Source: Mobula hypostoma
Taxonomy: Eukaryota
Direction of reading: 5' to 3'
Length of the DNA stretch: 64,000 nt
Assembly: GCF_963921235.1 (NCBI RefSeq)
Contig: NC_086097.1
Span: forward strand, 114,144,001-114,208,000
A model generated the notes under the pieces. The model worked only from the letters and a program-made list of their open reading frames with translations. It was not told where the DNA came from and made no database searches. The position numbers were made by a program, and so were the translations under genes. Positions 26,130 to 38,023 of this stretch are shown here, piece after piece; the first letter of the stretch is position 1; each line of letters starts with the position of its first letter.

Positions 26130-26632
26130 AGACCATAAGATTTAGGAGCAGAAGTAGGCCATTCAGCCCATCGAGTCTACTCTACCATTCAATCATGGGC
26201 TGATCCACTTCATCCAGTCATCCCCACTTCCCTGCTTTCACCTCATACCCTTTGATGCCCTGGCTAATCAAGAACCTATTTATCTGTGCCTTAAATACAT
26301 CCAATGACTTGGCCTCCACAGCCACTCATGGCAACAAATTCCACAGATTTACCACCCTCTGACTAAAGTAATTTCTCCACATCTCAGTTCCAAAAGGACG
26401 CCCTTCAATCCTGAAGTCGTGCCCTCTTGTCCTAGAATCCCCTACCATGGGAAATAACTTTGCCATATCTAATCTGTTCAGGCCTTTTAACATTTGTAAT
26501 GTTTCTATGAAATTCCCTCTCATTCTCCTGAACTCCAGGGAATACAGCCCAAGAGATGCCAGACGTGCCTCATACGGTAACCCTCTCATTCCTGGAATCA
26601 TTCTCCTGAATCTTCTCTGAACCCTCTCCAAT
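26130..26632 (-). mobile_element. CR1 3' fragment
   Basis: ORF 26326..26739 LERVQRRF...LEFRRMRGN...QRVVNLWNLLP; AAGACCAT tail. Confidence 0.92.
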
Positions 26633-27879
26633 ATACTGTAGCCAGCAGTTTTCATGAGAAATGGCTGTTTGCAATGTTTTGACTGATAAAAGCAACTACT
26701 AATTTTAACCATGGATATCTTAAGTAGTTCAATGCACACTTCTAATCATTGAATCATACAAGTGTTTGAAGGAATAACTAACAGTATTAAGTCTTAAATG
26801 TGTTCTCATGAAATTAAAATAAGTCTTAGTCTTTCAGATTAATCTACCAAGAAGACATGGTATCCTCTGTACAAAGCTAAGTTACCAATCAATCCGTCAT
26901 TAGATCATGCTTTTCTATATGAGTAGATCTTCCCCTCATAATCTTCTCCAGTAACGTCAATACCTCTGATGTGAGGCTCGCCAGTTTCCTGGTTTGTCTC
27001 TGTTGCTCTTCTTAAATAAAGGAACAACACTGGTTATTCTCAAGTGCGCTGTGGCAAAAAAGGATCTGTGAAAGCCTGACCATTCTCTTCTCTTGCCTCA
27101 GTCAATAATCTGGAATAGATTGCTTCAGGGCCTGGGGACTTTTCCATATTAATGTTCCTCAGCAGATCCTACATGTTCTCCTTAATATCAACATGCCATA
27201 TCTTATCAGCATAACCCTCCATGTTCTCAATATGCTCAATGTCCTTCTCCTTGTGAACACCGATAAGAAGTACTTTGGTATTTTGGCTTCTTTCTCTGTC
27301 TCCAGACATAATTAATTCCCTCCTTTGCAATTCAGTGGTCTGACCTTCTCCCTAGTTATCTTCCTGCTTTTAAGGCATATATGAAATGCCTTAACATTAC
27401 ACTCACCAAGCTACATTTCCACATCACACTAAGTCATTGAACTAAACAAACATAAAATATTGTCTGTATTAAAAGAACTGTAGGAGACCAATGGAATTTT
27501 CTGAGCTTTAGCTTTATGTACATTTTATGTAGCTTTATGTAATTCTGTTCATAGAAGCTCTGTATCGAGGGCAAATATTAATTTCATTCCTAAGTAAATC
27601 CATTTTAAAGGTACATTTTCTATTTTTTGATACTTGTGCTTTTTTGTGACTCAAGTTGGTTTGCTCTGTGAAGTGTAATTATAGCTACTCATTTTTTAAG
27701 GTAGAACAAGCAGTAGTGGAACAAAACAAAGCCTGAGTAACTAAGTTACGTTACAGGACAGCTATCCAAATTATATAAATATGTAATGATGAACATCTTT
27801 GAAGAATGAGAATAGGTTGAAGGTTGATTATGCTGTATGTCAAGCTGATTTGTAGTCAAATCCCAAAACAGGAAATATG

Positions 27880-28372
27880 TAAGTAAAGTTGAAAGAGTAC
27901 AGAGAAAATTTACAAGGATGTTGCCAGGTCTGGAGGACCTGAGTTATAATGAAAGATTGAATAGTTAAGACTTTATTCCTTGGAATGTAGAAGATTGAGA
28001 GGAGATTTTATGGAGGTATACAAAATTATGAGGGGTATAGATAGGGTAAATGCAAACAGGCTTTTTCCACTGAGGTTGGGTGGTACTACAACCAGAGGTC
28101 ATGGGTTAAGGGTGATAGGTGAGAAGTTTAAGGGGAACATGAGTGGAAGCTTCTTCACTCAGAAGGCGTGAGAGTGTGGAACGAGCTGTTAGTACAAATG
28201 GTGTATGTGAGCTAAATTTCAATGTTTAAGAGAAGTTTGGATAGGTACATGGATGGTAGGGGCATGGTGGGCTACAGTCCCACTGCAGGTCGATGGGAGC
28301 GGGCAGTTTAAATGGGTTGGCATGGACTAGATAGGCCGAAGGGCCTGTTTCTGTTCTGTGCTTATCTATGAC
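27880..28372 (+). mobile_element. CR1 3' fragment
   Basis: ORF 27980..28171 RRLRGDFMEVYKIMRGIDRV...TRGH; 3' end GGCCGAAGGGCCTGTTTCTG. Confidence 0.92.
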
Positions 28373-29027
28373 ATGTATTGCACTGCTCATGCCTACCATC
28401 CACAGCTTTATTTATTTTCATCTAATAAATTTCTGGAATCATTTTTATGACCCAAAGGAAGGGAAAACCTAACTGAATGTAAAATGACCTGTCAATTTGT
28501 TTATCGCCTATTTCGATCTAGTGGAACCTGTTAAAATTGACATCAATATTAATTAAATTGTTCATTGTAATTTTGTCTGTGTATATTACATCTTTAATTT
28601 CAGACTATGAAAATAAATGATCAGTAAATAGAAACATGTTAAAATAAATCTTTAATTTAAATTGAATTGAAAACATATCAAATTATACTTACAACCATTT
28701 CTATGTGCATCACTTTAACAATCATAAGTTTATTAATTACTTAATAATATACAGCCTATGAGAGTTTTCACTGGCTTGGCACCATTCCTATTAATCAAAC
28801 TTAACAATAAAGATTAGAGAATGATTACCAATGAATTGCACAACAGTTACCATAACTGGGTACAAAGTCATTGAATAACTTACTGCCAGATAACATTAAT
28901 TTATTAACTACTTTTGTCAAATTCTGAATAAATTTGATGGCAACTGGATATAATAGCCAACAGCAGGACAAGTAGCATATGCTAAAACTTACTGACAGTC
29001 AGAAATGAACAAAATATGTAACTTATA

Positions 29028-29201
29028 CTATTCTACTCTATGTAGAGCATCCACTGGACAGATATTTCCAAATTCATTCTGTGGACCTCTGATGAATTCC
29101 ATAATTTTGGAAACCAGCTGCTCCTTTTTGTCCCTCGTTCTCACAGAAACACCACGACACTTTAGCCAAGATTGGAGAGTGGCACTATTTACTTTAAACA
29201 G
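29028..29201 (-). CDS. C18orf63: Terminal coding exon, SAP/Ku70-C-like helical module: LFKVNSATLQSWLKCRGVSVRTRDKKEQLVSKIMEFIRGPQNEFGNICPVDALHRVE*
   Basis: TTTGTCTCTACAG acceptor, phase 0, stop at 29028; pattern L-x-K-V-x3-T-L-x3-L-K-x-R-G...K-x2-L-V; candidate AATAAA signals on the minus strand near 28900 and 28729. Linkage to the upstream exons is inferred from strand and phase. Confidence 0.8.
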   Translation of the reverse strand: MFKVNSATLQSWLKCRGVSVRTRDKKEQLVSKIMEFIRGPQNEFGNICPVDALHRVE

Positions 29202-30317
29202 CTGTAGAGACAAATAAACTGAGATGACCAAAACTACTTTTCCAGTTTTTAAATCATGATCTAATTGTTCAATTGTATAAGATAATAAAATTTCAGAAAG
29301 GATAAAATAATTTTGCAAAATTTACATTAAGTAGCTTAAAGAACCTTCAGCGCTCATTATTACCACATATTAAATGGACACTCCACAATATCTAACTTGA
29401 AACATCCATTTACCAGAGTAAGTCACTTTTATTTCTCCTCTTTACATTAGTACAGCAAGTTTAAAAGTGTTTTTTCCACATCTAATATTGAATATTGATG
29501 GAAACTCAAGAAGCTTCCATTGATGTTTTGCTGATTTTGTAATAGAAGTTCCACTTTAATATCAAAACTCCTTGCATTCTACAATGACCTTCAATCACAT
29601 CCATCACTCTCCATACAATCCCCTCTCTGACGTACTAGTCATTGTTTCACATTAGAATTATAAAAACATTACTCATCCAAGAAAGCAAAGCAGCTGTAGC
29701 AGCAACAGAAATGAACGAACTTTAACCATGCTTTGCCATCTAACATCTTGTTGTATCATGTGTTCTATGCAGTTTTTCCACACAATTCTCATTCTCTCCA
29801 ATTCCTTCTCAACCCCATTCCCCTGCTTTTTTCCTGTAACCTGTCAATCTCTGCCTTAAATATACCCAATGATTTGACCTTATTGTCCAAAGATGTTTTT
29901 TCCCCACCTTAAATGTACTTTTTATGCTTTAAATCAGACTGGATTTATAAACCGCAATCTTATTCACTTAACACAAGTGAATAAATATATAAACATGCCC
30001 TTGCATAAAATCAGATAGTTTTTACCACAGTTAAATATGAAAAAGAACATGTTTTCCACTGCTTTGATATTTTTACTGAAACAAATCAAAATCAGTAAGC
30101 TAAATAGAACAGATAACCTACTGCCCTTGTAGTGCATATGTACAAGGTTACGCAGTGAGTTAAACTCTTTCTCAAAAAGCACTCAAGACAGAAGCTTTCT
30201 TCACGATTTTTAATGAGATCTATCTTGTGAAACTGCAGAATTCAATATAGGATAGTCACACGCCTGAATATATTAATACTGTTGATTATTCTCACAATTG
30301 GTGTGAACCAAGGTGTT

Positions 30318-30340
30318 ACACACACACACACACACACACA
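30318..30340. repeat. (CA)n microsatellite
   Basis: About 11 CA units read directly. Confidence 0.9.
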
Positions 30341-30489
30341 CTCTTCATAATTATGCTGTGTAAACAAGAGTAAACTAAAAACGCAACAATATCTTAATAA
30401 CAATAAGTAATAAACACAATACTTCCTTCCAAATATATCTACTATATGTTTACTAGTATTAGCAAAGCTTAAGACTCACAGATATTAAC

Positions 30490-31425
30490 TAAGAACATAG
30501 GAAATAGGAGTAGGCCATCTGGCTTGTCAAGTCTGCTTTGCCATTCAATAAGATCATGGCTGATCTGGCGATGGACTCATCTCCACCTACCTTCCTTTTC
30601 CCCATAACTCTTAATAACCCTACTATGCAAAATTCTATCCAACCTTGTCTTAAGTATATTTACTGAGGTAGCCTCCACTGCTTCATTAGGCTGAGAATTC
30701 CACAGATTCACCACTCTCTGGAAAAAGCAGTTCCTCCTCATCTCTGTCCTAAATCTACTCTGCCAAATCTTGAGGCTATGTCCCCTAGTGCTAGTCTCAC
30801 CTACCAGTGTAAACAACTTTGCTGCCTCTAGCTTACCTATCCCTTTCATAATATTATTTGTTTCTATAAGATCTCCTCTCATTCTTCTGAATTCCAGCAA
30901 GTACAGTCCCAGGCAACTCAATCTCTCCTCTTAGTCTAACCCCTTTATCTCTGGAACCATCCAGGTGAACCTCCTCTGCATTGACTCCAAAGCCAGTATA
31001 TCGTTCCTCAAGTATGGAGACCAGAACTGCACACAGTACTCCAGGTGCAGCCTCACCAGTACCCTGTACAGTTGCAGCATAGCCTCCCTGCTCTTAAATT
31101 AAATCACTCTGGCAATGAACATTCCATTTGTCTTCTTGATAGTTGCACTTGAAAACCAGCCTTTTGCGATTCATGCACAATCACTCCCAAGTCCCTCTGC
31201 ACAGCAGCATGCTGCAATTTTGTTACCATTTAAATAATAATCTGCTCTTCCATTTTCCTTCCGAAGTGGATGACTTTGCATTTACCAACATTGTACTCCA
31301 TCTGCCAGACCCTTGCCCACTCACTTAACCTATCTATATCTCTCTTCAGACTCTGTATTTTCTTCACAATTTGCTTTTCCACTCAATTTAGTATCATCAG
31401 CAAACTTCGATACATTACACTCAGT
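30490..31425 (-). mobile_element. CR1 3' fragment (intronic)
   Basis: ORF 30577..30921 LEFRRMRGDLIET...TRGHSLKI...QRVVNLWNS. Confidence 0.92.
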
Positions 31426-31789
31426 CACTATTGGTACACTACTGCTGTTTTAAGGGCAATTGAAGAGAGAATGGAGATCGATGTCTTTCCACCATGTGCT
31501 TCAAAAATTAATCCAAATTAACCTGCGCAGGCAATGATTTTAAAACAGCTTATGTACCAGAAGTGATATTCATACAAAACGAACTGCTCCTCTGGAGGAC
31601 ATAACAACCCCACTTCCCCTCCCCATCTGGCATCCATAGAATGTCAAGCTTAACGACTGAAATATTGAAAGTAAAAGTCAAAGGATCTTTTGATTAAGTC
31701 TTTGATAAAGATGGATAGTTTCAAAGGCTAGCCTTGAAATCAGTCTTACTGCTTAACTGTTTTCACATCGAAAATACCAGCTTTGATGT

Positions 31790-34700
31790 TGTTACTGGTA
31801 GATATCAGCAAGAAATGTGGGGCCAGTTAACCATGAAAAGAGAGTGAGCTGATGAGCCGGGTTGAGATCAGTAGGAACATAGTTTCATTTGCTCTTCTAA
31901 GTTGATCGTCTGATATGTTGGAACTTATTAAGTACATGAACATAGTATCTCCTTGTTTCATTAAGTATATAATCGAGCACAACCTTGTTGTTGGTAAAGA
32001 ACTTGAATTCATCTACTTCTGTGTCCAGATCTTCAGTTATCATCTCTGTCATCTCAACTGCTAGAACAGCAGCACCAAGTTCAAGCCTTGGTTTGAGATC
32101 TGGTTTGGAGCAAGCTTTGCCTTGCCCAGGATCCAACTTAACTATATCCAGCAGCATCTGTGACCTTCAGATGTGCAACAACACTAACAGCTTTAATTGA
32201 TGCATCATAGGAAGTGCTGACCTCTTTCTTTTGAGCCGCAGATAGCAGAATTGTTGTGTAGGTTCTTAGAATCTTCAAGCTTTTAAGATCCTTAAGGGAA
32301 GAACACCACTGCTGCCATCGTTCATGTTTCTCTTTAGGGAGTGGGACATCTCATCCACAAATGTCCAAGGTCAACTCTCTTAACATGAAACATCCCTGGA
32401 TACTGACTGGAGCAGAAACTCCAAAAGGGTCAAATAGATTGTTGGTAGTCGATAGCACACCACAATGCATAAAGAATATTTTAGTATCAGTGACCTTTAA
32501 AGTAAGGGCTTCAGTAATGAGGCCCCATCCAAGGCCCAGACTGTGCCGCATAGGAGGGAGGTACTATTAAAATCAAGATTCTGTAGACTTTTGGCCAGGT
32601 CTTCAGGTGGGAAATATTACATGGTTGGATACAATCTTATACTGCTAAGATCAGACTGCAGCAACATGTTCTGTGCAGCTTTCGGCATACTCACAGCTTC
32701 TTCTGCACTAGAAAATTACTTAAGACCATAAGACCATAAGACAAAGGAGCAGAAGTCGGCCATTCGGCCTATCGAGTCTGCTCCACCATTTTATCACGAG
32801 CTGATCCATTCTCCCATTTAGTCCCACTCCCCCGCCTTCTCACCATAACCTTTGATGCCCTGGCTACTCAGATACCTATCAATCTCTGCCTTAAATACAC
32901 CCAGTGACTTGGCCTCCACTGCTGCCTGTGGCAACAAATTCCATAGATTCACCACCCTCTGACTAAAAAAAATTTCTTCGCATTTCTGTTCTGAATGGGC
33001 GCCCTTCAATCCTTAAGTCATGCCCTCTCGTACTAGACTCCCCCATCATGGGAAACAACTTTGCCACATTCACTCTGTCCATGCCTTTCAACATTCGAAA
33101 TGTTTCTATGAGGTCTCCCCTCATTCTTCTAAACTCCAAGGAATACAGTCCAAGAGCAGACAAACGTTCCTCATATGTTAACCCTCTCATTCCCAGAAAC
33201 ATTCTAGTGAATCTTCTCTGTACCCTCTCCAACGTCAGCACATCCTTTTTTAAATAAGGAGAGCAAAACTGCCCACAGTACTCCAAGTGAGGTCTCACCA
33301 GCGCCTTATAGAGCCTCAACATCACATCCCTGCTCCTATACATCAACATAGAAATGGCTCTCTATGTACCTCCACGCTTCAGTCTTGAACTCTTTATCTT
33401 CCTCGAAAGCTGTCTTAAGGCCATAGCTTGCCACAGATAGTGAGGGAATACATAAACTCTCACGTGATACTGCAGAATCTCGTTACTCAGTTGGTGGTCA
33501 CGAATCCACAAAAACCAGAGGTTGGTTCGCTGATCTTCTCTCACTAGGAAGCTGTGGAACATTTGCTTGATGTCTGCCATTACTGTGATGGACTAAGTTC
33601 TGTTGCGCAAAAGGACCCCAAGCAAACTGTTATTGATGTCTGGACCCTGAAAGTGCATATTTTTCAGTGATACACCTTTGAAATGTTACTTTACTTTACT
33701 GTCGCCAAACAATTGATACTGGAACGATACTGAATCATCACAGCGATATTGGATTCTGCACTTCATGTGTACTTAAATCAAAGACATTTCATATTTGTGC
33801 AGGTTTCTGGGTGTGGTAAACACCAAAGGTGGGCAAATACTAGTTATCTTTACTGGGATCGGGTGGAGGCGCTAACTCTGCTTGATTGAAGGGTCACTCT
33901 ATGAACTCTGCATAATGATCTTCCATTTCTGGTTTCCTTCTCAATGTGTGATTGAGGGACATGAGGGCCTGCTCTCCGTTGTTTCGTTGGAGTGTTGTGG
34001 AAAGCAGAAAGGAAGGGGAACTACCAAACTGTTTGACTTCTTTGCTAAACTCTGTTCATGATTTGAAGGAAGACCTCATTTTCGATGGAAGGTGCCATCT
34101 TAAAATTATCTTCTGAGTGACAGAAGATCAGCTTGGTTGAGCAGAGGCAAGTATATCAGAGCACTTGGCTTGCATATTGACAATCTTCTCTTTCATCCAG
34201 ATTCTATCTTTGCAGGGTTTGAAATGCCCTGTTCTCTGGGACTTTACTCTTAAATGTGCTGACAGCGGGCTGATGGCACCATTGAGGCAGACCACCCACT
34301 ATAACCCAACCCAGGTCATGTCACTGGGCATAAGGTGCACTGTGTCAACCATTGTGCTGTTCACATACCTCATGTGCATGGATGGTGTCTCTGCTAAGTA
34401 ACAGTAGAATCTCACCAAGAGTCAAGTGGGGGAGTCTTGTCAGTTATAGACTTAAGATAGGAATGACCCCATGCAGCTTCAGGAATTGGGATTTCATCCC
34501 TGTTGTTGAGAATATGGTCGCTTTCAATGAGGGATGGCAAGGGTAAGCAGACCTCCCCTCCTGTTGACTTCATGACAAATCCACTGACTTTTCTTCCAGC
34601 ATTTTCAGATATTCCAGAACATCTTTAGATTGTATGGGGAAACAAAATTTTGTTTACCGAATGTCAAAGAACGTTGATGATGGGAACGTTGTGATGGGAA

Positions 34701-34790
34701 CACTTTGCACCTAGTGATGCCATTAGTTTCAATAATCTGGATGATAATGTAGTAAACTGGATCAGCAAGTTTGTGGTTGACACCAGGCTT
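31790..34790 (-). mobile_element. BEL/Pao LTR-retrotransposon pol remnant (RT, RNase H), interrupted by a CR1 and a short LINE tail
   Basis: ADIKQMFHSFLV...FLW (RT), reconstructed HFYVDDGL, LFDPFGVSAPV, PRLELGAAVLAV and KVVLDYI.NETRRY are BEL/Pao hallmarks; many stops. Confidence 0.88.
32730..33340 (-). mobile_element. CR1 3' fragment nested in the BEL RT
   Basis: ORFs 32963..33349 and 32818..33009; (TAAGACCA)n tail. Confidence 0.95.
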
Positions 34791-35192
34791 GGGGGTGTAA
34801 TGGACAGTCAAAGATTGTCAGAGGTGACAGAGAGGCCAAGGAAGCAGATTTGTTCCTTGCTGCTTGCACTCATAAAAATGACAACACGAGGCAACAGTAA
34901 AAGCAATGCTGCTTTAAATCAAATGTAGCAGGCAGCTTTAAGGAATAAGTTAGCATCCTGGCTCACAGCATGATCACTGCACTGTTAAAATATGCTTTAA
35001 CCTTTTTGATTGACCTGATTCTCGATCCCTTATACACAAGAGATATCAATTGTGATTAGAAAATTCTGAGATATTTAATTACTGCATTTGTCTTACTGAT
35101 TATACGCAAAAGTCTCTTCCGATCTACATATACTTTCATATTTGATTAAAGTTTCAATGGAAATTTTAAGTTTCAAAGTATTTCTCAGAAAC

Positions 35193-35282
35193 CTGATCAT
35201 TTTTTGCATGCTTTTCCACATCAACATCCTGGATAACTGGCTTGGTCTTGGGTTTCTTAGGTTTTGAATCGGATGCTTTCTC
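35193..35282 (-). CDS. C18orf63: Probable penultimate C18orf63 exon: EKASDSKPKKPKTKPVIQDVDVEKHAKNDQ
   Basis: Pyrimidine tract plus ACAG acceptor, CAG|GTTTCT donor, 90 bp phase 0-0, inside ORF 35166..35372; runs naturally into the SAP-like last exon. Confidence 0.78.
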
Positions 35283-36707
35283 CTGTTTTTGAGAAGCCAC
35301 AAAGAAGAAAGAGTTTTTTAATGCAGGGGTGGGGGTGAACACATGATGGTTGCTCTGTTTAAAGTTAATCAATACCAGAGCTAACAGAAGTGCTGCTTTA
35401 ATGAGGTTTCAGACTTTATTTCAAGTTAGGACCAACACAAACTATCAGATCGCTAGAATGTAGGTCTGCTAGCCAAAAAAAAAGTTTATTTTCCTATGTT
35501 AGACACAAATTAGATTTGTAGAGCAAGCCAAGCAGAGTTAGGGCTGGGAGCATAAGAGAATCTGGTGGAAACAGAGGAGTCTGGCAACCGACAGTAATCA
35601 GTGCTGCCAGTTTCAGCAGCGTCGTCAGCTCTCTTAGAGTGTGACGGCAGTGTCAGCAATAACAGGAGATGCACGCAGATGATTGAGATGCTTATAGTGA
35701 TGACCTACTATACATTATCCTTTTGTAAATCTAACAATAGGATCAAGTGACACTACGGCAAGTATGAGCTCATAATCATTATCAACACAACATCACGAGT
35801 TGAATGGCTTGTTCAGTGCTGTACTATTTTGTGTTTTATTGTCAGTTGAGATGCTTTTGGAAAAGTAATTTCAATTTTGCAATGACATGCAGGATTGTAA
35901 ACATCAATCCATGCTTCATGTCCACCTACTTGAGAAATGTCTGCCATTCAAAAGATATCGTTGGGATAAGAATTTCATAAGATTAGAGATAGACATATCT
36001 GCTTACCTAGCAGATTGTTACTTAAGTATAATGTACTTTCTTTAATACAGGCTTTGTGTAAACATTATGACTCATATGAGGTATCAAAATTTAATCTTAG
36101 ATTTCTAATTTTACAGACTGATTTTCCAAATGGACTACAATGTTGAGGTTCAATTGCAATTTTAAATTAAACCAATGAGTACATTTCTTCATCATTGACA
36201 TCTACTGCCTAAGTATCCCAAGAAGAGATCTGAAGTGTTCTTCTGACCTAATTGAACAGCCCTGCTATTTCATTTTATTCTGTTCATTAGTATCCACATT
36301 AACTGCATTTGGCAATTAGATGAGCACCTGCAATTTTGCAAATGGGATGAACTGTTTGCCATGAAGGTATTTAGCCCATGAGATGGCATGAAAACAAAAG
36401 TTTTTCACTTATCTCAGAACATGTGACAATGATAAACCAATTACCAAATGTTAATTCAAGCTACGACAAGTGTTTATTTGTCTTGAAAAGTGAAGGCAAT
36501 ACATAGACAATGAGGAATTACATTCATATCTTGGCAAGCCTTGATGTTGATGAAAATCCTGACTAATTATCTGGTTCTAAATAAGCCCTATTTTCAATAT
36601 CTGCCTGACACCGACAACTAAAATGAGAGTTTCAGCCTGCTACAGCGCAGTGTTTGTGGTCATTTTAAACTTAACTTACTTTCAGTAAACAATAATAGTT
36701 TCATTAA

Positions 36708-36797
36708 CACACACAAAATGCTGGAGGAACTCAGCAGGCCAAGCAGCGTCTATGGAAAAGAGTAAACAGTTGACATTTCAGGCTGAGACCCTTCATC
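36708..36797 (-). mobile_element. 90-bp Penelope terminal-repeat insertion with truncated hammerhead
   Basis: 11-bp TSD AGTTTCATTAA at 36697-36707 and 36798-36808; reverse complement contains CTGATGA-AGGGTCTCAGCCT-GAAA-TGTC. Confidence 0.88.
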
Positions 36798-37162
36798 AGT
36801 TTCATTAAGACTGCTCTATAAAGATAAAAAGTAATTAAATTGTATCATATTAACTGAAGACTATGATATTGCAGTGATTTAAATGACTGAACAAGTGTGA
36901 TTGAGTTTAGAATGGATATGCAAAAGTAGGTGGATATTATGGGGCTCAAGTAAAACATCAAAGAAATGAAAACAATTTCTTTTGGATTTAACAGGAAAGG
37001 TTATCTGATATTATGCAAGTGGGTGTCTATTTATATATCCATTTGTGTAATGCAAGAAAATAAAATTAAGGAGAAATATGATACAGAGTGACTTAAAAAC
37101 TGATATGGATGAACATACTCTATGCTGTTGGGCAATAAGGGAATCTTCACAGAATTTAGAAC

Positions 37163-37470
37163 AGCATGGTAATGTAGTGGTTAGCGCACTGCTTCACTGC
37201 GTCAGCGATCACTAATCAGGGTTCAATTCCCGCCACTGCCTGTAAGGAGTTTGTACGTTCTCCCCATGACTACATGAGTTTCCTCTGGGTGTTCCTGTTT
37301 CCTCCCGCATTCCAAAGACATAAGGTTGGGGTAGTGGGCTGTGCGTATGCTCTGTTGGCACTGGAAATCTGGTGACACTTGTGGGCTGCCCATTACAATC
37401 CTCACCGATTTGATTTGATTCAAATTACTCATTTCACACCATGTTTCGATGGACATGTGACAAATAAAGC
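37163..37470 (+). mobile_element. V-SINE-like head with Rex1-like tail
   Basis: GTAGTGGTTAGCGC A box, GGTTCAATTCC B box, SINE core, tail ACATGTGACAAATAAAGC. Confidence 0.8.
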
Positions 37471-37528
37471 CACACTCACAACATGCTGGAGGAACTCAGC
37501 AGGTCAGGCAGCATCCATGGAAACGATG

Positions 37529-37564
37529 AGTCGACGTTTCGGGCCGGAACCCTTCGTCAGGACT
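37529..37564 (-). ncRNA. Minimal type I hammerhead ribozyme motif
   Basis: Reverse complement AGTC-CTGACGA-AGGGTTCCGGCCC-GAAA-CGTC-GACT: helix I AGUC/GACU, conserved core, helix II GGG/CCC, GUC site. Confidence 0.8.
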
Positions 37565-37855
37565 GTAGAGGGAAGGGGCAGAGGCCATATAAAGAAGGAG
37601 GGGGGAGGGTGGGAAGGAGAAGGCTGGTAGGTACCAGGTGAAAAACCAGTAAGGGGAAAGATAAAGGGGTAGGGGAGGGGAAGCAGGGAGATGATAGGCA
37701 GGAAAGGTGAAGAAGGAATAGGGGAAAACACAATGGGTAGTAGAAGGAGGCAGAACCATGAGGGAGGTGATGGGCAGCTGGGGGAGGGGGCAGAGTGAAA
37801 CTGGGATGAGGGAAGGGAAGGGAGGGGGAGGGAATTACCGGAAGTTGGAGAATTC

Positions 37856-37972
37856 GACATAGGGATACAGGAAGGGAGGGGGACATAGGGATAGTGGAAG
37901 GGAGGGGACATAGGGATAGAGGAAGGGAGGGGACATAGGGATAGAGGAAGGGAGGGGACACAGGGATAGAGG
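37856..37972. repeat. G-rich 25-bp minisatellite, about 4.6 copies of GACATAGGGATAGAGGAAGGGAGGG
   Basis: Tandem units read directly, with few substitutions. Confidence 0.92.
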
Positions 37973-38023
37973 CAGCTGCCCATCACCTCCCTCATGGTTC
38001 TGCCTCCTTCTACTACCCATTGT

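Larger units (their letters stand above)
37475..38023 (-). mobile_element. Penelope terminal repeat with hammerhead, internal minisatellite and fold-back
   Basis: Family terminus from about 37475; perfect 51-bp inverted repeat 37730-37780 / 37973-38023. Confidence 0.88.

Noticed and set aside
1..29000. A second host gene (for example a syntenic neighbour such as DIPK1C)
   Set aside because: No recognisable non-transposon peptide or consistent exon chain found; small exons could have been missed.
37856..37972. Repeat array as a CRISPR-like locus
   Set aside because: Units are head-to-tail with no unique spacers, in a eukaryotic context.
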